Source of the DNA: Candidatus Scatosoma sp.
Lineage (GTDB): Bacteria; Bacillota; Clostridia; Christensenellales; Borkfalkiaceae
Length of the DNA: 53,239 nt
Assembly (NCBI GenBank): GCA_045656625.1
Contig: JAZORL010000185.1
Location: forward strand, 1 to 53,239
Direction: 5' to 3'
Below the pieces are notes generated by a model, which was not told the DNA's origin, ran no database searches, and saw nothing but the letters and a program-made list of their open reading frames with translations. Positions 1 through 9,595 of the stretch are shown here, in pieces (the first letter of the stretch is position 1; every line of letters starts with the position of its first letter). Both the position numbers and the translations under genes were made by a program.

Positions 1-1
1 A

Positions 2-1255
2 ACAGAAGCAAAAGTAACGAGCATGGAAGAAGTCGTTGCTAACATGGACAATCAACCCAAGTTCAAAAAAGGACAGTTGATTACGGCTACGATTTCGTCG
101 GCGGACGATTCGGGTGTGGCAGTTTTGTTGCCCTTGGCAAAGAAGGAAATCATCCTTGACAAGGACGAAGTAGACTGCGAAGTTTACAACAAAGACGATT
201 TCAACGCAAAGACTGGTGAAGAAATCGAGCTTATGGTTGTTGGTATCAACCCCGTTAAGCTTTCCCAAAAGCAAATCAAGCAGATCAAAGAAGAAGAAGC
301 TGCAATCGCTGAAATCCAAGCTGGTAAAGAATTCGAAGTCGTATGTACCGGCTTTAACAAGGGCGGTTTGACGTCGGAACTTGGTTCTTATACGGTATTT
401 GTTCCCGCACGCGAAATTCGTTCGGGCTACGTTAAAGAGCTTGATAAGTACGTTGGCAAGAAATTGCGTCTTAGACTTATCGAACTCAAGACCGAAAGAA
501 GAAAAGAAATCATTGCTTCTCAACGCGTAATTATCGAAGAAGAAAAAGCTGCAAAAGAAGCTGCTAAAGCTGCAAAAGAAGCTGAATTCTTTGCATCTAT
601 TCACGTTGATGACGTGGTAGAAGGTAAGGTAGAAAGAGTAACGTCTTTCGGTGCATTCGTATCCGTAAACGGTTTCGATTGCCTTGCGCACATTTCCGAC
701 CTTTCCTGGACGGGCGTTAAAGCAGTTACTGACGTTCTTGAAATTGGTAAGAAGTACGAATTTAAGGTACTTAAGATTGACGAAGAAGCTAAGAAGGTTT
801 CCATCGGTTATAAGCAACTCCAAGCGCAACCTTGGGATTTGGCTGCTGAAAAATATGCAGAAGGCGACGTAATTCATGGTAAAGTTGTAAGAATCGTACC
901 TTTCGGTGCATTTGTAGAAGTTGAAAAAGGTATCGACGGTCTTGTTCACGTATCGCAAATTTCTTACGAATTCCTTGAAAATCCTACGACGGCTCTTACG
1001 ATCGGTCAAGAAATCGATGCGAAGATTTTGAAACTTGACTGTGCTGAAAAGAAGATGACCCTTTCCATTAAAGCACTTGAACCGAAGCCTGAAAACCTTG
1101 AAAGAAAGCCCAAAGCTCCCAAGGCTGAAGAAGGCGAAGTAAAAGAAAAGGTTAGAAAGCCCAGAGTGCAAAAACCTGCTGACGAAGTTACCGAATGGAA
1201 CGAAGGCGGTTTTGGCGGCGTATCTATCGCGGATCTTTTGAATAAGAATTCCTGA
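2..1255 (+). CDS. rpsA: S1 RNA-binding domain protein (ribosomal protein S1-like), 5' end possibly outside window
   Basis: Frame stays open from nt 2 to the first ATG at 23. Repeated S1/OB motifs are present, e.g. VEGKVERVTSFGAFVSVNG and IHGKVVRIVPFGAFVEVEKG. The C-terminal tail is Lys/Pro-rich. Confidence 0.8.
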   Translation, partial: TEAKVTSMEEVVANMDNQPKFKKGQLITATISSADDSGVAVLLPLAKKEIILDKDEVDCEVYNKDDFNAKTGEEIELMVVGINPVKLSQKQIKQIKEEEAAIAEIQAGKEFEVVCTGFNKGGLTSELGSYTVFVPAREIRSGYVKELDKYVGKKLRLRLIELKTERRKEIIASQRVIIEEEKAAKEAAKAAKEAEFFASIHVDDVVEGKVERVTSFGAFVSVNGFDCLAHISDLSWTGVKAVTDVLEIGKKYEFKVLKIDEEAKKVSIGYKQLQAQPWDLAAEKYAEGDVIHGKVVRIVPFGAFVEVEKGIDGLVHVSQISYEFLENPTTALTIGQEIDAKILKLDCAEKKMTLSIKALEPKPENLERKPKAPKAEEGEVKEKVRKPRVQKPADEVTEWNEGGFGGVSIADLLNKNS

Positions 1256-1286
1256 TTTGAGTAAAATATCATAAAATATATAAAAG

Positions 1287-1321
1287 TCTGCTTTCAAGTT
1301 GATTGAAGGCAGATTTTTTTG
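1287..1321 (+). terminator. Rho-independent terminator after S1 gene
   Basis: tctgctttcaa / ttgaaggcaga forms an 11-bp stem (one G-U) with a 5-nt loop, followed by a T7 run. Confidence 0.7.
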
Positions 1322-1362
1322 TTTATAAATAAGTGTTAAAAATTGAACGAGGTGATAGAAAA

Positions 1363-3189
1363 ATGACTAAAACAGGGAATATTAAAATTTCCAGCGAAAA
1401 TATGATGCCAATTATTAAAAAATGGCTGTATTCGGACAAGGATATTTTCCTTCGTGAAATTGTTGCAAACGGTATTGACGCAATCACAAAATATAAGAAA
1501 TTGGTCGATATGGGTGAGGCTGAAAACACAGGAAAAGCGTATCGTATTAACGTTTACGTAGACGAAAAAGCCAAGACATTGACCGTCGAAGATAATGGAC
1601 TTGGCATGACGGCGGAAGAAGTGGAAAAGTACATTACGCAAATTGCATTCTCGGGTGCGGAAGATTTCTTGCAAAAGTATGAAAAGGCTTCGGGGGACGG
1701 GATTATTGGGCATTTTGGGCTCGGTTTCTATTCCGCATATATGGTATCCGAAAACGTCGAAATTTTCACCAAGAGTTATAAAGACGAGCCTGCGGTGCAT
1801 TGGGAATCGGATGGAAACTCCACCTACAACATTTCCGAAATTGAAAAGAAGGAAAACGGCACTAAAATCGTGATGCATATCGCAAAAGCTGAAGAGGAGT
1901 TTTTGAAAGAGTTTAGAATTCGCGAACTGTTGAAGAAATACTGTTCGTTTATGCCTTTTCCTATTTATTTGAATCCGAAGGGCGACGATTCGGATAAGGC
2001 GTTAAATAATGCCACGCCGTTATATTTGAAGGATCCTAAGGAATGCACGGAGGAAGAGTATAAATCCTTCTATCGTGAAACGTTTATGGATTTTAATGAA
2101 CCGCTGTTTTGGATTCATTTGAATATGGATTATCCCTTTAGATTAAAGGGGATCCTGTATTTCCCGCAAGTAAAAAAGGATTTGGTGCAGTTGGAAAAAG
2201 GGCAAGTAAAACTCTATTGCAATCAAGTGTTTATTGCGGACAATATCAAAGAGGTAATTCCTGAATTTTTGATGCTTTTGAACGGCGTAATCGACTGTCC
2301 GGATATTCCTTTGAACGTATCGAGAAGTTTCCTTCAAAATGATAAGCAGGTTCAAAAGATTTCTAAGCATATCACGAAGAAAGTCGCGGATAAATTGACG
2401 TCCTTGTATAATAATGATATTGAACGATTCAAAGAATGTTGGAAAGACGTTTCTACCTTTGTGAAATTCGGTTGTTTGAAAGACGAAGATTTCTACGATA
2501 AAGTTCAAAAGATACTCATTTATAAGACGATAAACGGCGAATATAAGCCTGTTTCGGACTTGTTTGGGGAAGAAATCAGCGATCAAGATGCGGAAAAGGG
2601 TGTGCAACCAACGGCAATCTATTACGTTTCCGATGAAGCACAACAAGCGCAGTATATAGCAATGTTTAAGGATGCCGGCTTGGATGCAATTCTTTGCGAT
2701 ACCTTAATCGATCCGCATTTTGTAAGTTTTATTGAGTATAAAAACCCGAAAAAATGTCGTTTTGTGCGCATTGATGCGGATATCGACGGTGCGTTGAAAG
2801 GTGCGGACGTTGCGAGTGAAGATACGCAAGCATTGATTGATTTATTCAAAAAACATCTTGTCAACAAAGATATTGCGGTAAAAGCGGAACGTTTTAAGAG
2901 CGGTAAAGTCCCTGCGGTAGTAAACGTTGATGAATTTATGCGTAGAATGTCGGAAATGGGCGGTATGTACGGTATGGGTGAAATGGATTCCATGAAGAAT
3001 GCAACGCTTGTCCTGAACCTTACCAATCCTGTAATTTCGGGAATTTTGAATCAATCTGAGGAAAAACAAAACCTTGTAATCCATCAAATCTACTATTTGG
3101 CGATGCTTTCCTATAAGAAACTGAATCCAGAAGAACTCTCGAATTTCGTTGAAAATAGCGTAGAATTGCTTTATAATTATTGTAAATAA
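1363..3189 (+). CDS. htpG: Molecular chaperone HtpG (Hsp90 family)
   Basis: N-terminal GHKL ATPase motifs are present (LREIVANGIDAI, VEDNGLGMT, GHFGLGFYSAYMV) and the length is right. The ATG at 1363 follows GAGGTGA; the ORF-track GTG at 1333 is less likely. Confidence 0.9.
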   Translation: MTKTGNIKISSENMMPIIKKWLYSDKDIFLREIVANGIDAITKYKKLVDMGEAENTGKAYRINVYVDEKAKTLTVEDNGLGMTAEEVEKYITQIAFSGAEDFLQKYEKASGDGIIGHFGLGFYSAYMVSENVEIFTKSYKDEPAVHWESDGNSTYNISEIEKKENGTKIVMHIAKAEEEFLKEFRIRELLKKYCSFMPFPIYLNPKGDDSDKALNNATPLYLKDPKECTEEEYKSFYRETFMDFNEPLFWIHLNMDYPFRLKGILYFPQVKKDLVQLEKGQVKLYCNQVFIADNIKEVIPEFLMLLNGVIDCPDIPLNVSRSFLQNDKQVQKISKHITKKVADKLTSLYNNDIERFKECWKDVSTFVKFGCLKDEDFYDKVQKILIYKTINGEYKPVSDLFGEEISDQDAEKGVQPTAIYYVSDEAQQAQYIAMFKDAGLDAILCDTLIDPHFVSFIEYKNPKKCRFVRIDADIDGALKGADVASEDTQALIDLFKKHLVNKDIAVKAERFKSGKVPAVVNVDEFMRRMSEMGGMYGMGEMDSMKNATLVLNLTNPVISGILNQSEEKQNLVIHQIYYLAMLSYKKLNPEELSNFVENSVELLYNYCK

Positions 3190-3203
3190 CAAAAGAACGT
3201 TGA

Positions 3204-3240
3204 AACGCCCCCTGAATTTATTCAGGGGGCGTTCTTTTTG
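3204..3240 (+). terminator. Rho-independent terminator after htpG
   Basis: aacgccccctgaa-ttta-ttcagggggcgtt forms a 13-bp GC-rich stem followed by cttttt. Confidence 0.85.
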
Positions 3241-3251
3241 TAAAAAGCTTG

Positions 3252-3280
3252 TTCTATTTGGACGAGCCGTCACATATAGT
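3252..3280 (+). promoter_or_regulatory. Possible sigma-E-type promoter of spoIIIA operon
   Basis: TTCTATT-14 nt-CATATAGT resembles the mother-cell sigma-E consensus (xxATAxx-14-CATACAxT). It ends only 7 nt before the spoIIIAA ATG. Confidence 0.3.
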
Positions 3281-3287
3281 ATAACAA

Positions 3288-4139
3288 ATGTTTTCTTTTT
3301 TACCGCAAAATATACAGGATGCAATTAAACATCTTAATGCACAAGATTTATATGAAATTCGTTTGCGCGCCAATAATCCCGTACGTATTAATTATAAGGG
3401 ATATTATCATTTCTTAAGCCTTTATGGTTTGACAGATAGAGCGGATAAGGCGTTGATATGTGATGCGGTGGATATTGAAGATTGTGTATATCGCGCTGGA
3501 AAATACTCCGTCTATTCCGTTGAAGAACAAATAAAACAAGGCTTTATAACGGCGGAAAATGGCGTAAGAATTGGTTTGGCAGGGGAATACGTGTGGAACA
3601 ACGGAAAACCGCTTACAATCCGCAATTTTACATCTTTATGCGTGCGAATACCACATGAAATTATAGGATGCGGAGAGGAAATTTATCAACGTTGTATGTC
3701 AGACAAAGTACATAACCTATTAATCGCATCGTCGCCTGGGCAGGGAAAAACAACAATTTTACGAGATTTGGCACGGATTTTGAGTGTGAAAACACAAAAA
3801 AATGTGTTAATATGCGACGAACGCGGGGAAATATGCCCTCGCGGAGCTGCTGCAACCTGCGACGTAATCAAATATGCGGATAAAGCAACGTCGTTTGAGG
3901 CAGGGATACGTGCTATGCGTCCTGATATTATGGTAACGGACGAGCTTTCGATGGAAGATTGTAAGGCGGTGCGACGAGCAAAAAACGCAGGAATTACGGT
4001 GATTGCAAGCGCGCATTTAACAAATATGGAAAAAATCCCCGATGCTTTCCTCGGTTTATTTGATTTTTTGGTTTTATTGGACGAAAAAGAGATAGGAAAA
4101 ATAAAAGGGATATTTGACGGGTATGGTAGAGCGATATGA
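3288..4139 (+). CDS. spoIIIAA: Stage III sporulation protein AA (AAA-type secretion ATPase)
   Basis: Walker A SSPGQGKTTILRD and Walker B-like IMVTDEL are present. It is the first gene of an eight-gene operon with the canonical spoIIIA order. Confidence 0.9.
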   Translation: MFSFLPQNIQDAIKHLNAQDLYEIRLRANNPVRINYKGYYHFLSLYGLTDRADKALICDAVDIEDCVYRAGKYSVYSVEEQIKQGFITAENGVRIGLAGEYVWNNGKPLTIRNFTSLCVRIPHEIIGCGEEIYQRCMSDKVHNLLIASSPGQGKTTILRDLARILSVKTQKNVLICDERGEICPRGAAATCDVIKYADKATSFEAGIRAMRPDIMVTDELSMEDCKAVRRAKNAGITVIASAHLTNMEKIPDAFLGLFDFLVLLDEKEIGKIKGIFDGYGRAI

Positions 4140-4627
4140 TGACGAAATTTCTATTTGGCATTGCCTTGGTGGCGTTTGGAAGCTTTTGCGGGTACTTTTT
4201 GGCTAAGAAATATCGCCAACGAAAGAGCTTTTTTTCGCAATTACGTCTATTTAACGAGCGTTTCATTAATGAAGTTTCTTATTATCGTCGTCCAATTCGT
4301 GAATTTGCAAATCTCTATGCTTTTCAGGGGGAATTTCATTCTTTATTGACGGATTTTTTACAAAATATGGGGGAAAATGGAGGTGGCTGGTCGATTGATG
4401 AGCGAGAGTACGCCTTTTTGAAAAAGGAGGAACGGGGAGCGATTCATGATTATTTTTTAATGATAGGACGAGGGGATAGTGCCTCGCAAAAAGCCTACTT
4501 TTCGTCGGTGAGTAGTGCCATTTCAAAATGGGATTCTGAGGCAAGTTTGGCGGCAAAGAAGTATGGCGATTTATACATAAAACTTGGATTTTTATGCGGA
4601 TTATTTATTTTAATTTTAATCATGTAA
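4136..4627 (+). CDS. spoIIIAB: Stage III sporulation protein AB
   Basis: ATGA overlap with spoIIIAA. It has N- and C-terminal TM helices and a size and position typical of SpoIIIAB. Confidence 0.8.
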   Translation: MMTKFLFGIALVAFGSFCGYFLAKKYRQRKSFFSQLRLFNERFINEVSYYRRPIREFANLYAFQGEFHSLLTDFLQNMGENGGGWSIDEREYAFLKKEERGAIHDYFLMIGRGDSASQKAYFSSVSSAISKWDSEASLAAKKYGDLYIKLGFLCGLFILILIM

Positions 4628-4636
4628 AGAGGTAGT

Positions 4637-4834
4637 ATGGAGATTGGAATTCTTTTCAAAATGGCTGCGATAGGGATTATTATCACGGTAATTTGTCAGA
4701 TATTAAAAAAGTCCGATCGTGATGATATTGCGACGTTGGTAGGGATCGTGGGACTTGTAATTGTGTTAACGCTCGTCGTGGGGAAAATTGGGGATTTATT
4801 TACTCAAATAAAGACGATTTTTGATTTAACGTAG
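4637..4834 (+). CDS. spoIIIAC: Stage III sporulation protein AC
   Basis: 65-aa two-TM protein at the correct operon position. Confidence 0.8.
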   Translation: MEIGILFKMAAIGIIITVICQILKKSDRDDIATLVGIVGLVIVLTLVVGKIGDLFTQIKTIFDLT

Positions 4835-4843
4835 GCGGTAATT

Positions 4844-5239
4844 ATGGCGGAAATTATAAAAGTAATCGGCGTGGCTTTCGTTACGGCGCTTACAGCGCTT
4901 TTATTGCGAGGTACAAAGCCTGAATTGTCTTTTGCTGTAACGGTTACAGGCGTTATTGTGATTTTACTATTTATTGTGAATTATATGAAAACAACCCTTG
5001 TTTTTCTTACGGAAATTTCTGGAATGACGGGGTTGGATAATGGGTTGATTAAAATTCTTTTGAAAATTGTCGGTATTGGGTATTTAACGGAATTTAGTGC
5101 TGGAATTTTGAATGATTTTGGGAGTAATGCAGTAGCCGATAAAGTGATTTTAGCTGGTAAATTAACAATGCTCTTTTTAGCCATTCCCGTGATAAAAACA
5201 TTGTTGCAGCTCATGAAAGGCTTTTTAGGACTTGTATGA
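4844..5239 (+). CDS. spoIIIAD: Stage III sporulation protein AD
   Basis: 131-aa polytopic membrane protein at the correct operon position. Confidence 0.8.
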   Translation: MAEIIKVIGVAFVTALTALLLRGTKPELSFAVTVTGVIVILLFIVNYMKTTLVFLTEISGMTGLDNGLIKILLKIVGIGYLTEFSAGILNDFGSNAVADKVILAGKLTMLFLAIPVIKTLLQLMKGFLGLV

Positions 5240-6447
5240 AAAAGGTCGCTTGTTTCTATAAAAAAAACACGAGAATAATATACATATTTTTTATAATTTT
5301 ATGCATATTGTTTCTTTTTACAAACTTTGAATGCAATCCTCTTACGGCAAAGGCGCAAATGGATAAAGCGACGGATGCGGAATTGGAAGAAAATATTCGA
5401 GAACAGCTTGGTCAACTCGAACTGGAAGAATTGGAAAAATACGTACAATCCATTTCTTCCTTTTCGGATAAAGGTGTAATGGAGCGCATTATCGACTTCG
5501 TGAAGGGCGAAAAATTTGATTACGATGGATTTGGTAGACAAATTTTAAGCGTTTTCTTTTCCAAAGTGCAGGAAATTTTGCCAGCCTTTGTATGCATTGC
5601 TGCCATCGCCGTGCTTTCAGGGCTTATTTCTTCCATCAAAAGTCAAGCCCTATTTAATACATCAACGGACTTAATTTCCTTGATTACATATACGGCAACG
5701 CTGATTCCGCTTATTGCGGTCTTAATAGAGTGCTTTTCCCAAACAAAAGGCAGTATTTTGGAGATGGAAAAACAAATAAAGCTCGTCTTTCCGTTGCTCT
5801 TAACGCTTATGGCGGCGAGCGGGAGTACTGCAACCGCAGCAATTTGCCGACCTGCGGTAGCATTTTTTGGATCAACTATTGTTTCTATTATCCTCACGAT
5901 TGTTCTTCCGATTACTGTGACAATTATTGTTTTTTCTATGGCGAGTCACTTGACCAACGAACTAAAAATCGGAAAGTTCACCGCTTTTTTTAAGAGCATT
6001 AATAAGTGGATTATCGGTATCAGTATTACTGTGTTTGGGCTATTCTTTACTTTGCAGGGATTGACGGCGGCGCATAGTGATGGGATTGTGCGTCGGGCGG
6101 TGAAATATGCGATAGGGAATGGTATCCCTATTGTGGGTGGTTTTCTATCGGGTGGATTTGATTTGACGGTAGCAGGTAGCGTTTTAATTAAAAATGCGCT
6201 GGGTAGTATGAGTATTTTTTTGATGATTTCGGTGATTTTTGAACCACTCGTATTATTAATAGCCGTTAACGTGCTTTTGCGCTTAACTGCGGCAATTTCG
6301 CAGCCTTTGGGGGATGGAAAAGTCGCAGATTTTCTCGGGGAAACGGCGGAAAACTTAAATTACTGTACAGCGTCTTTATTGTTTACGGCGTTTATGTATT
6401 TTTTAACGATTGTATTGATGATTACAGCATCGGAGGCGCTCTTTTGA
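5236..6447 (+). CDS. spoIIIAE: Stage III sporulation protein AE
   Basis: 403 aa with a signal/TM N-terminus and a multi-TM C-terminal domain. It overlaps its neighbours by 4 nt. Confidence 0.85.
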   Translation: MKKVACFYKKNTRIIYIFFIILCILFLFTNFECNPLTAKAQMDKATDAELEENIREQLGQLELEELEKYVQSISSFSDKGVMERIIDFVKGEKFDYDGFGRQILSVFFSKVQEILPAFVCIAAIAVLSGLISSIKSQALFNTSTDLISLITYTATLIPLIAVLIECFSQTKGSILEMEKQIKLVFPLLLTLMAASGSTATAAICRPAVAFFGSTIVSIILTIVLPITVTIIVFSMASHLTNELKIGKFTAFFKSINKWIIGISITVFGLFFTLQGLTAAHSDGIVRRAVKYAIGNGIPIVGGFLSGGFDLTVAGSVLIKNALGSMSIFLMISVIFEPLVLLIAVNVLLRLTAAISQPLGDGKVADFLGETAENLNYCTASLLFTAFMYFLTIVLMITASEALF

Positions 6448-6941
6448 ACGGGTATTTGTTATCGATTATCGGTACGGTATTGTTGAGTGCGATTGTCACG
6501 GTCGTGATTCCCAATGGGAAAACGGCGGGTACGGTCAAGGGGATAGCAAGGCTTGTTTGTGTGCTTGCAATTATTGCGCCGATATTACGTTTTTTTAAGA
6601 CGGGAGAGATGGATTGGACAACGTCGAAAATTGACGGGAACAATTTTTCAAAAAGTGTCATAGAAATCGATCAAGACTTCATAGAGTATTACAGCGAAAG
6701 CCGAGTACGTGAGACGGAAGGGCAAATAGAAACTCTTCTTCTAGAAGAGTTTCATGTGAAAGCGACGGTTTCATTGGAATGGGAGTTGGAAAGTGAAACG
6801 GTGGCGAACCGATATGAATGGGAACGAATACGCATCAAGGGAATTTACGTAAAAATGCCCGAGGATTTCTCGGCGGATGTTTGGAAAAGCGTGCAGAAAT
6901 ATTTGAAGCAAACGTATTGTAGCGAGGTGATCCTTGAATAA
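6444..6941 (+). CDS. spoIIIAF: Stage III sporulation protein AF
   Basis: TTG start overlaps the spoIIIAE stop. Two N-terminal TM helices precede a soluble domain, at the correct operon position. Confidence 0.75.
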   Translation: MNGYLLSIIGTVLLSAIVTVVIPNGKTAGTVKGIARLVCVLAIIAPILRFFKTGEMDWTTSKIDGNNFSKSVIEIDQDFIEYYSESRVRETEGQIETLLLEEFHVKATVSLEWELESETVANRYEWERIRIKGIYVKMPEDFSADVWKSVQKYLKQTYCSEVILE

Positions 6942-7317
6942 TTGGAAGAATCAAACGATGGAAAAGAAAAACCGCTTATTCACGAGTAAAGCAAAGGATT
7001 TGCTTATACTTGCAGGGCTTGGTTTGGTATTAATTTTTGCGTCGTGGAAGATATTTCAAGGGGATCCAAAGCCGTCGAGTAAGACGATGGTTTCCATGAC
7101 GGCAACCGAACAGAAAATTGCGAGGTTGTTAGAGGAAATTGACGGAGTGGGCGATGCGAGTGTGATTGTATGCGAAACGGAAGATGAGGTAAAAAGCGTG
7201 GTTGTTGTATGTGAAGGTGCGGACAATCTACGCGTAATGATAAACGTTCGCGAGGCGGTAAGCGCTGCACTCGGAACTGACCAAAACGTGATAAAAATTT
7301 ATTTGAAAAAAGAATAA
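6934..7317 (+). CDS. spoIIIAG: Stage III sporulation protein AG (short form)
   Basis: One TM helix is followed by a C-terminal ring-building-type domain with the signature VVVVCEGA. The start is either TTG 6934 or ATG 6958. Confidence 0.75.
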   Translation: MNNWKNQTMEKKNRLFTSKAKDLLILAGLGLVLIFASWKIFQGDPKPSSKTMVSMTATEQKIARLLEEIDGVGDASVIVCETEDEVKSVVVVCEGADNLRVMINVREAVSAALGTDQNVIKIYLKKE

Positions 7318-7330
7318 GGAGAAAAAAACT

Positions 7331-7819
7331 ATGTCAAACAAAAAGAAAATCATCTTAATGTCCTCGCTTGTATTATTGCTTGCCATCACGGCAATCTTTA
7401 ATTTCATTTTTGCGAATAAGACGACGGCAACCAGCGCGGATGGTGGGGTGACGACGGCGAATTACTTTACGACCTATCGTGCGGAACGTACGGCAACGCG
7501 GAATCAAGAGCTTGTGCAACTTGACAGTGTAATTGCGCTCTATGAAGAAGGGGAAGAAAAGTATGAAGAAGCGACGGGAATGAAAATGGAAATCGTTGCG
7601 GCAATGGAGCAAGAACTTGTATTGGAAAATATGGTGAAATCGCTTGGTTTTTCCGATGCAGTCGTGTCAGTTTCAACGGAATCTGATAACGTAAACGTCT
7701 TTATCAATTCCGCGGAATTGAATTATGATACTGCGCTTTCGATTTATAATATGCTCAAAAATGAGACGGGCGTCGTCGCTGGAAACGTAATTATCATGCC
7801 CGTCTATTCAGAAAGCTGA
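7331..7819 (+). CDS. spoIIIAH: Stage III sporulation protein AH
   Basis: AAGGAG RBS, N-terminal TM helix, and last position in the operon. Confidence 0.75.
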   Translation: MSNKKKIILMSSLVLLLAITAIFNFIFANKTTATSADGGVTTANYFTTYRAERTATRNQELVQLDSVIALYEEGEEKYEEATGMKMEIVAAMEQELVLENMVKSLGFSDAVVSVSTESDNVNVFINSAELNYDTALSIYNMLKNETGVVAGNVIIMPVYSES

Positions 7820-7911
7820 AAAAAAACGAGAAAATATTCGCAAAATAGTAGAAATATTCAAAAAGATATGTTATAATGTAAGCGATAACATAATTAAGGA
7901 GTGCTTTTTGA

Positions 7912-8292
7912 ATGACGAATCTTAGAACAACTTCTCATGATAAGCAAAGCGGAAAAACAGTATATAGTGCGGACATCGTGCAAAATATCGTAGCGCTTGC
8001 CGTTGCGGAAGTAGAAGGCGCATTGCCTACGCAGGGTAAAAAGAAGGGGATTACACTCCGTCTTGAAAGGGAAAGTATTTATGCCGACGTTTGCGTTGCT
8101 GTAAAATACGGTCAAAACGTTCCAGAGCTCGCATATCGAATTCAGCAATCCGTCAAGCAAAGCGTGGAAAATATGACTCGTTATAAGGTTGCGGAAGTAA
8201 ACGTTCATATTGAAGACGTTGTATTTTGTCCGATAGAACCTGTTGTGACGGCAGAAAAGGAAGAGACGCTCGAAGAGAACGAAGAAAAATAA
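7912..8292 (+). CDS. Asp23/Gls24-family alkaline shock protein (YqhY-like)
   Basis: IVQNIVALAVAEVEG motif. It lies between spoIIIA and nusB, as yqhY does in B. subtilis. Confidence 0.8.
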   Translation: MTNLRTTSHDKQSGKTVYSADIVQNIVALAVAEVEGALPTQGKKKGITLRLERESIYADVCVAVKYGQNVPELAYRIQQSVKQSVENMTRYKVAEVNVHIEDVVFCPIEPVVTAEKEETLEENEEK

Positions 8293-8358
8293 AAAAAAGA
8301 CGAAACGAAGCCCTTCCCCCAAGAAGGGTTTTCGCGCGTTATACGTACGGAGAGATTT

Positions 8359-8754
8359 ATGAGAACAGCAGCAAGAGAAGCGGCGCTTAACGTCGTTTTT
8401 GCACAACAATTTAACACTGATTGCATGGAAACGTTGGTGAAAAAAGTGTTCAAGCAATTTGAACTTAAAAGCCAAGAGGATATTCGTTTTGCGACGGCTT
8501 TGATTAATGCGGTTGATAAGAATCGCGCGGAGCTTATTGCAGGAATTGAAAAGTCTTGCCATCACTATCTTGAAAATCGTATTAATCCAATGGATAAAAG
8601 CATTTTATTGATTGCGATGGCGGAGATTTTGTATTTTGATGAAATCCCTCCCGTAGTGTCCGTTTCGGAAGCGACAGGGCTCGCAAGAAAGTATTCCACG
8701 GAAACGAGTGCGGATTTCGTGAACGGCGTACTTGCAGGGGTTATTAATAAATAA
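8359..8754 (+). CDS. nusB: Transcription antitermination factor NusB
   Basis: 131 aa with an AREAALNVVFAQQF start and a C-terminal FVNGVLAGV motif. Confidence 0.9.
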   Translation: MRTAAREAALNVVFAQQFNTDCMETLVKKVFKQFELKSQEDIRFATALINAVDKNRAELIAGIEKSCHHYLENRINPMDKSILLIAMAEILYFDEIPPVVSVSEATGLARKYSTETSADFVNGVLAGVINK

Positions 8755-8764
8755 CGGGGCGATT

Positions 8765-9595
8765 ATGAAAATTATCGACGGAAAAGCGATTGCGGCAGAG
8801 CTTCGCTTGGAGTTAAAAGAAAAAATTGAAAAAATGGAGAGAAAACCGGGGTTGGCTGTAGTGATTGTAGGCGAAGACCCCGCTTCTCGTATTTACGTGA
8901 GAAATAAAATCAAGGCCTGTGCGGAGCTTGGCGTGCGTTCCTATTCCTATGAACTTCCTAATGAGGCAACACAGGCGGAAGTGGAAGGCTTATTGGACGA
9001 GCTTGCACGTGACGTAAACGTAGATGGTATCTTGTTGCAGTTGCCTTTGCCCAAACATTTGGACTCAGAAGCAGCGGTTTCGCATATTCCTTTTGAAAAG
9101 GACGTGGATGGTTTTTCGGCGAAAAATCTTGGGCTTTTGATGCAACATAAAGAAAAAATCGTTGCTTGCACGCCGCTTGGCGTAATGAAGCTTTTGGAGC
9201 GTGAGGGCATTGATTTGCAGGGCAAAAACGCCGTTGTTTTAGGCCGTAGTGAAACGGTCGGGAAGCCTATGGCGATGCTTTTATTGAATGCGAACGCTAC
9301 GGTGACCGTTTGTCACAGTAAAACACAAAATTTGAAGGAAATTTGCCGTAATGCGGACGTGCTTATTTCAGCAATCGGAAAATCAAAATTCGTTACGGCG
9401 GATATGGTAAAAGATGGGGCTGTGGTGATTGACGTTGGTATTAATCGCGACGAATTTGGTAGGCTTTGCGGTGACGTGGATTTTGAGAACGTAAAGGACA
9501 AAACTTCGTTTATTACGCCCGTACCTGGCGGGGTTGGCCCTATGACAATTACGATGTTGATGTATAATACGTACATCACGGCTTGTAAGGAGTGA
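8765..9595 (+). CDS. folD: Bifunctional methylenetetrahydrofolate dehydrogenase/cyclohydrolase FolD
   Basis: MKIIDGKAIA start, plus YVRNKIKAC, GRSETVGKPMAMLL and PVPGGVGPMT motifs. ATG 8765 is preferred over the upstream track start 8732. Confidence 0.93.
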   Translation: MKIIDGKAIAAELRLELKEKIEKMERKPGLAVVIVGEDPASRIYVRNKIKACAELGVRSYSYELPNEATQAEVEGLLDELARDVNVDGILLQLPLPKHLDSEAAVSHIPFEKDVDGFSAKNLGLLMQHKEKIVACTPLGVMKLLEREGIDLQGKNAVVLGRSETVGKPMAMLLLNANATVTVCHSKTQNLKEICRNADVLISAIGKSKFVTADMVKDGAVVIDVGINRDEFGRLCGDVDFENVKDKTSFITPVPGGVGPMTITMLMYNTYITACKE

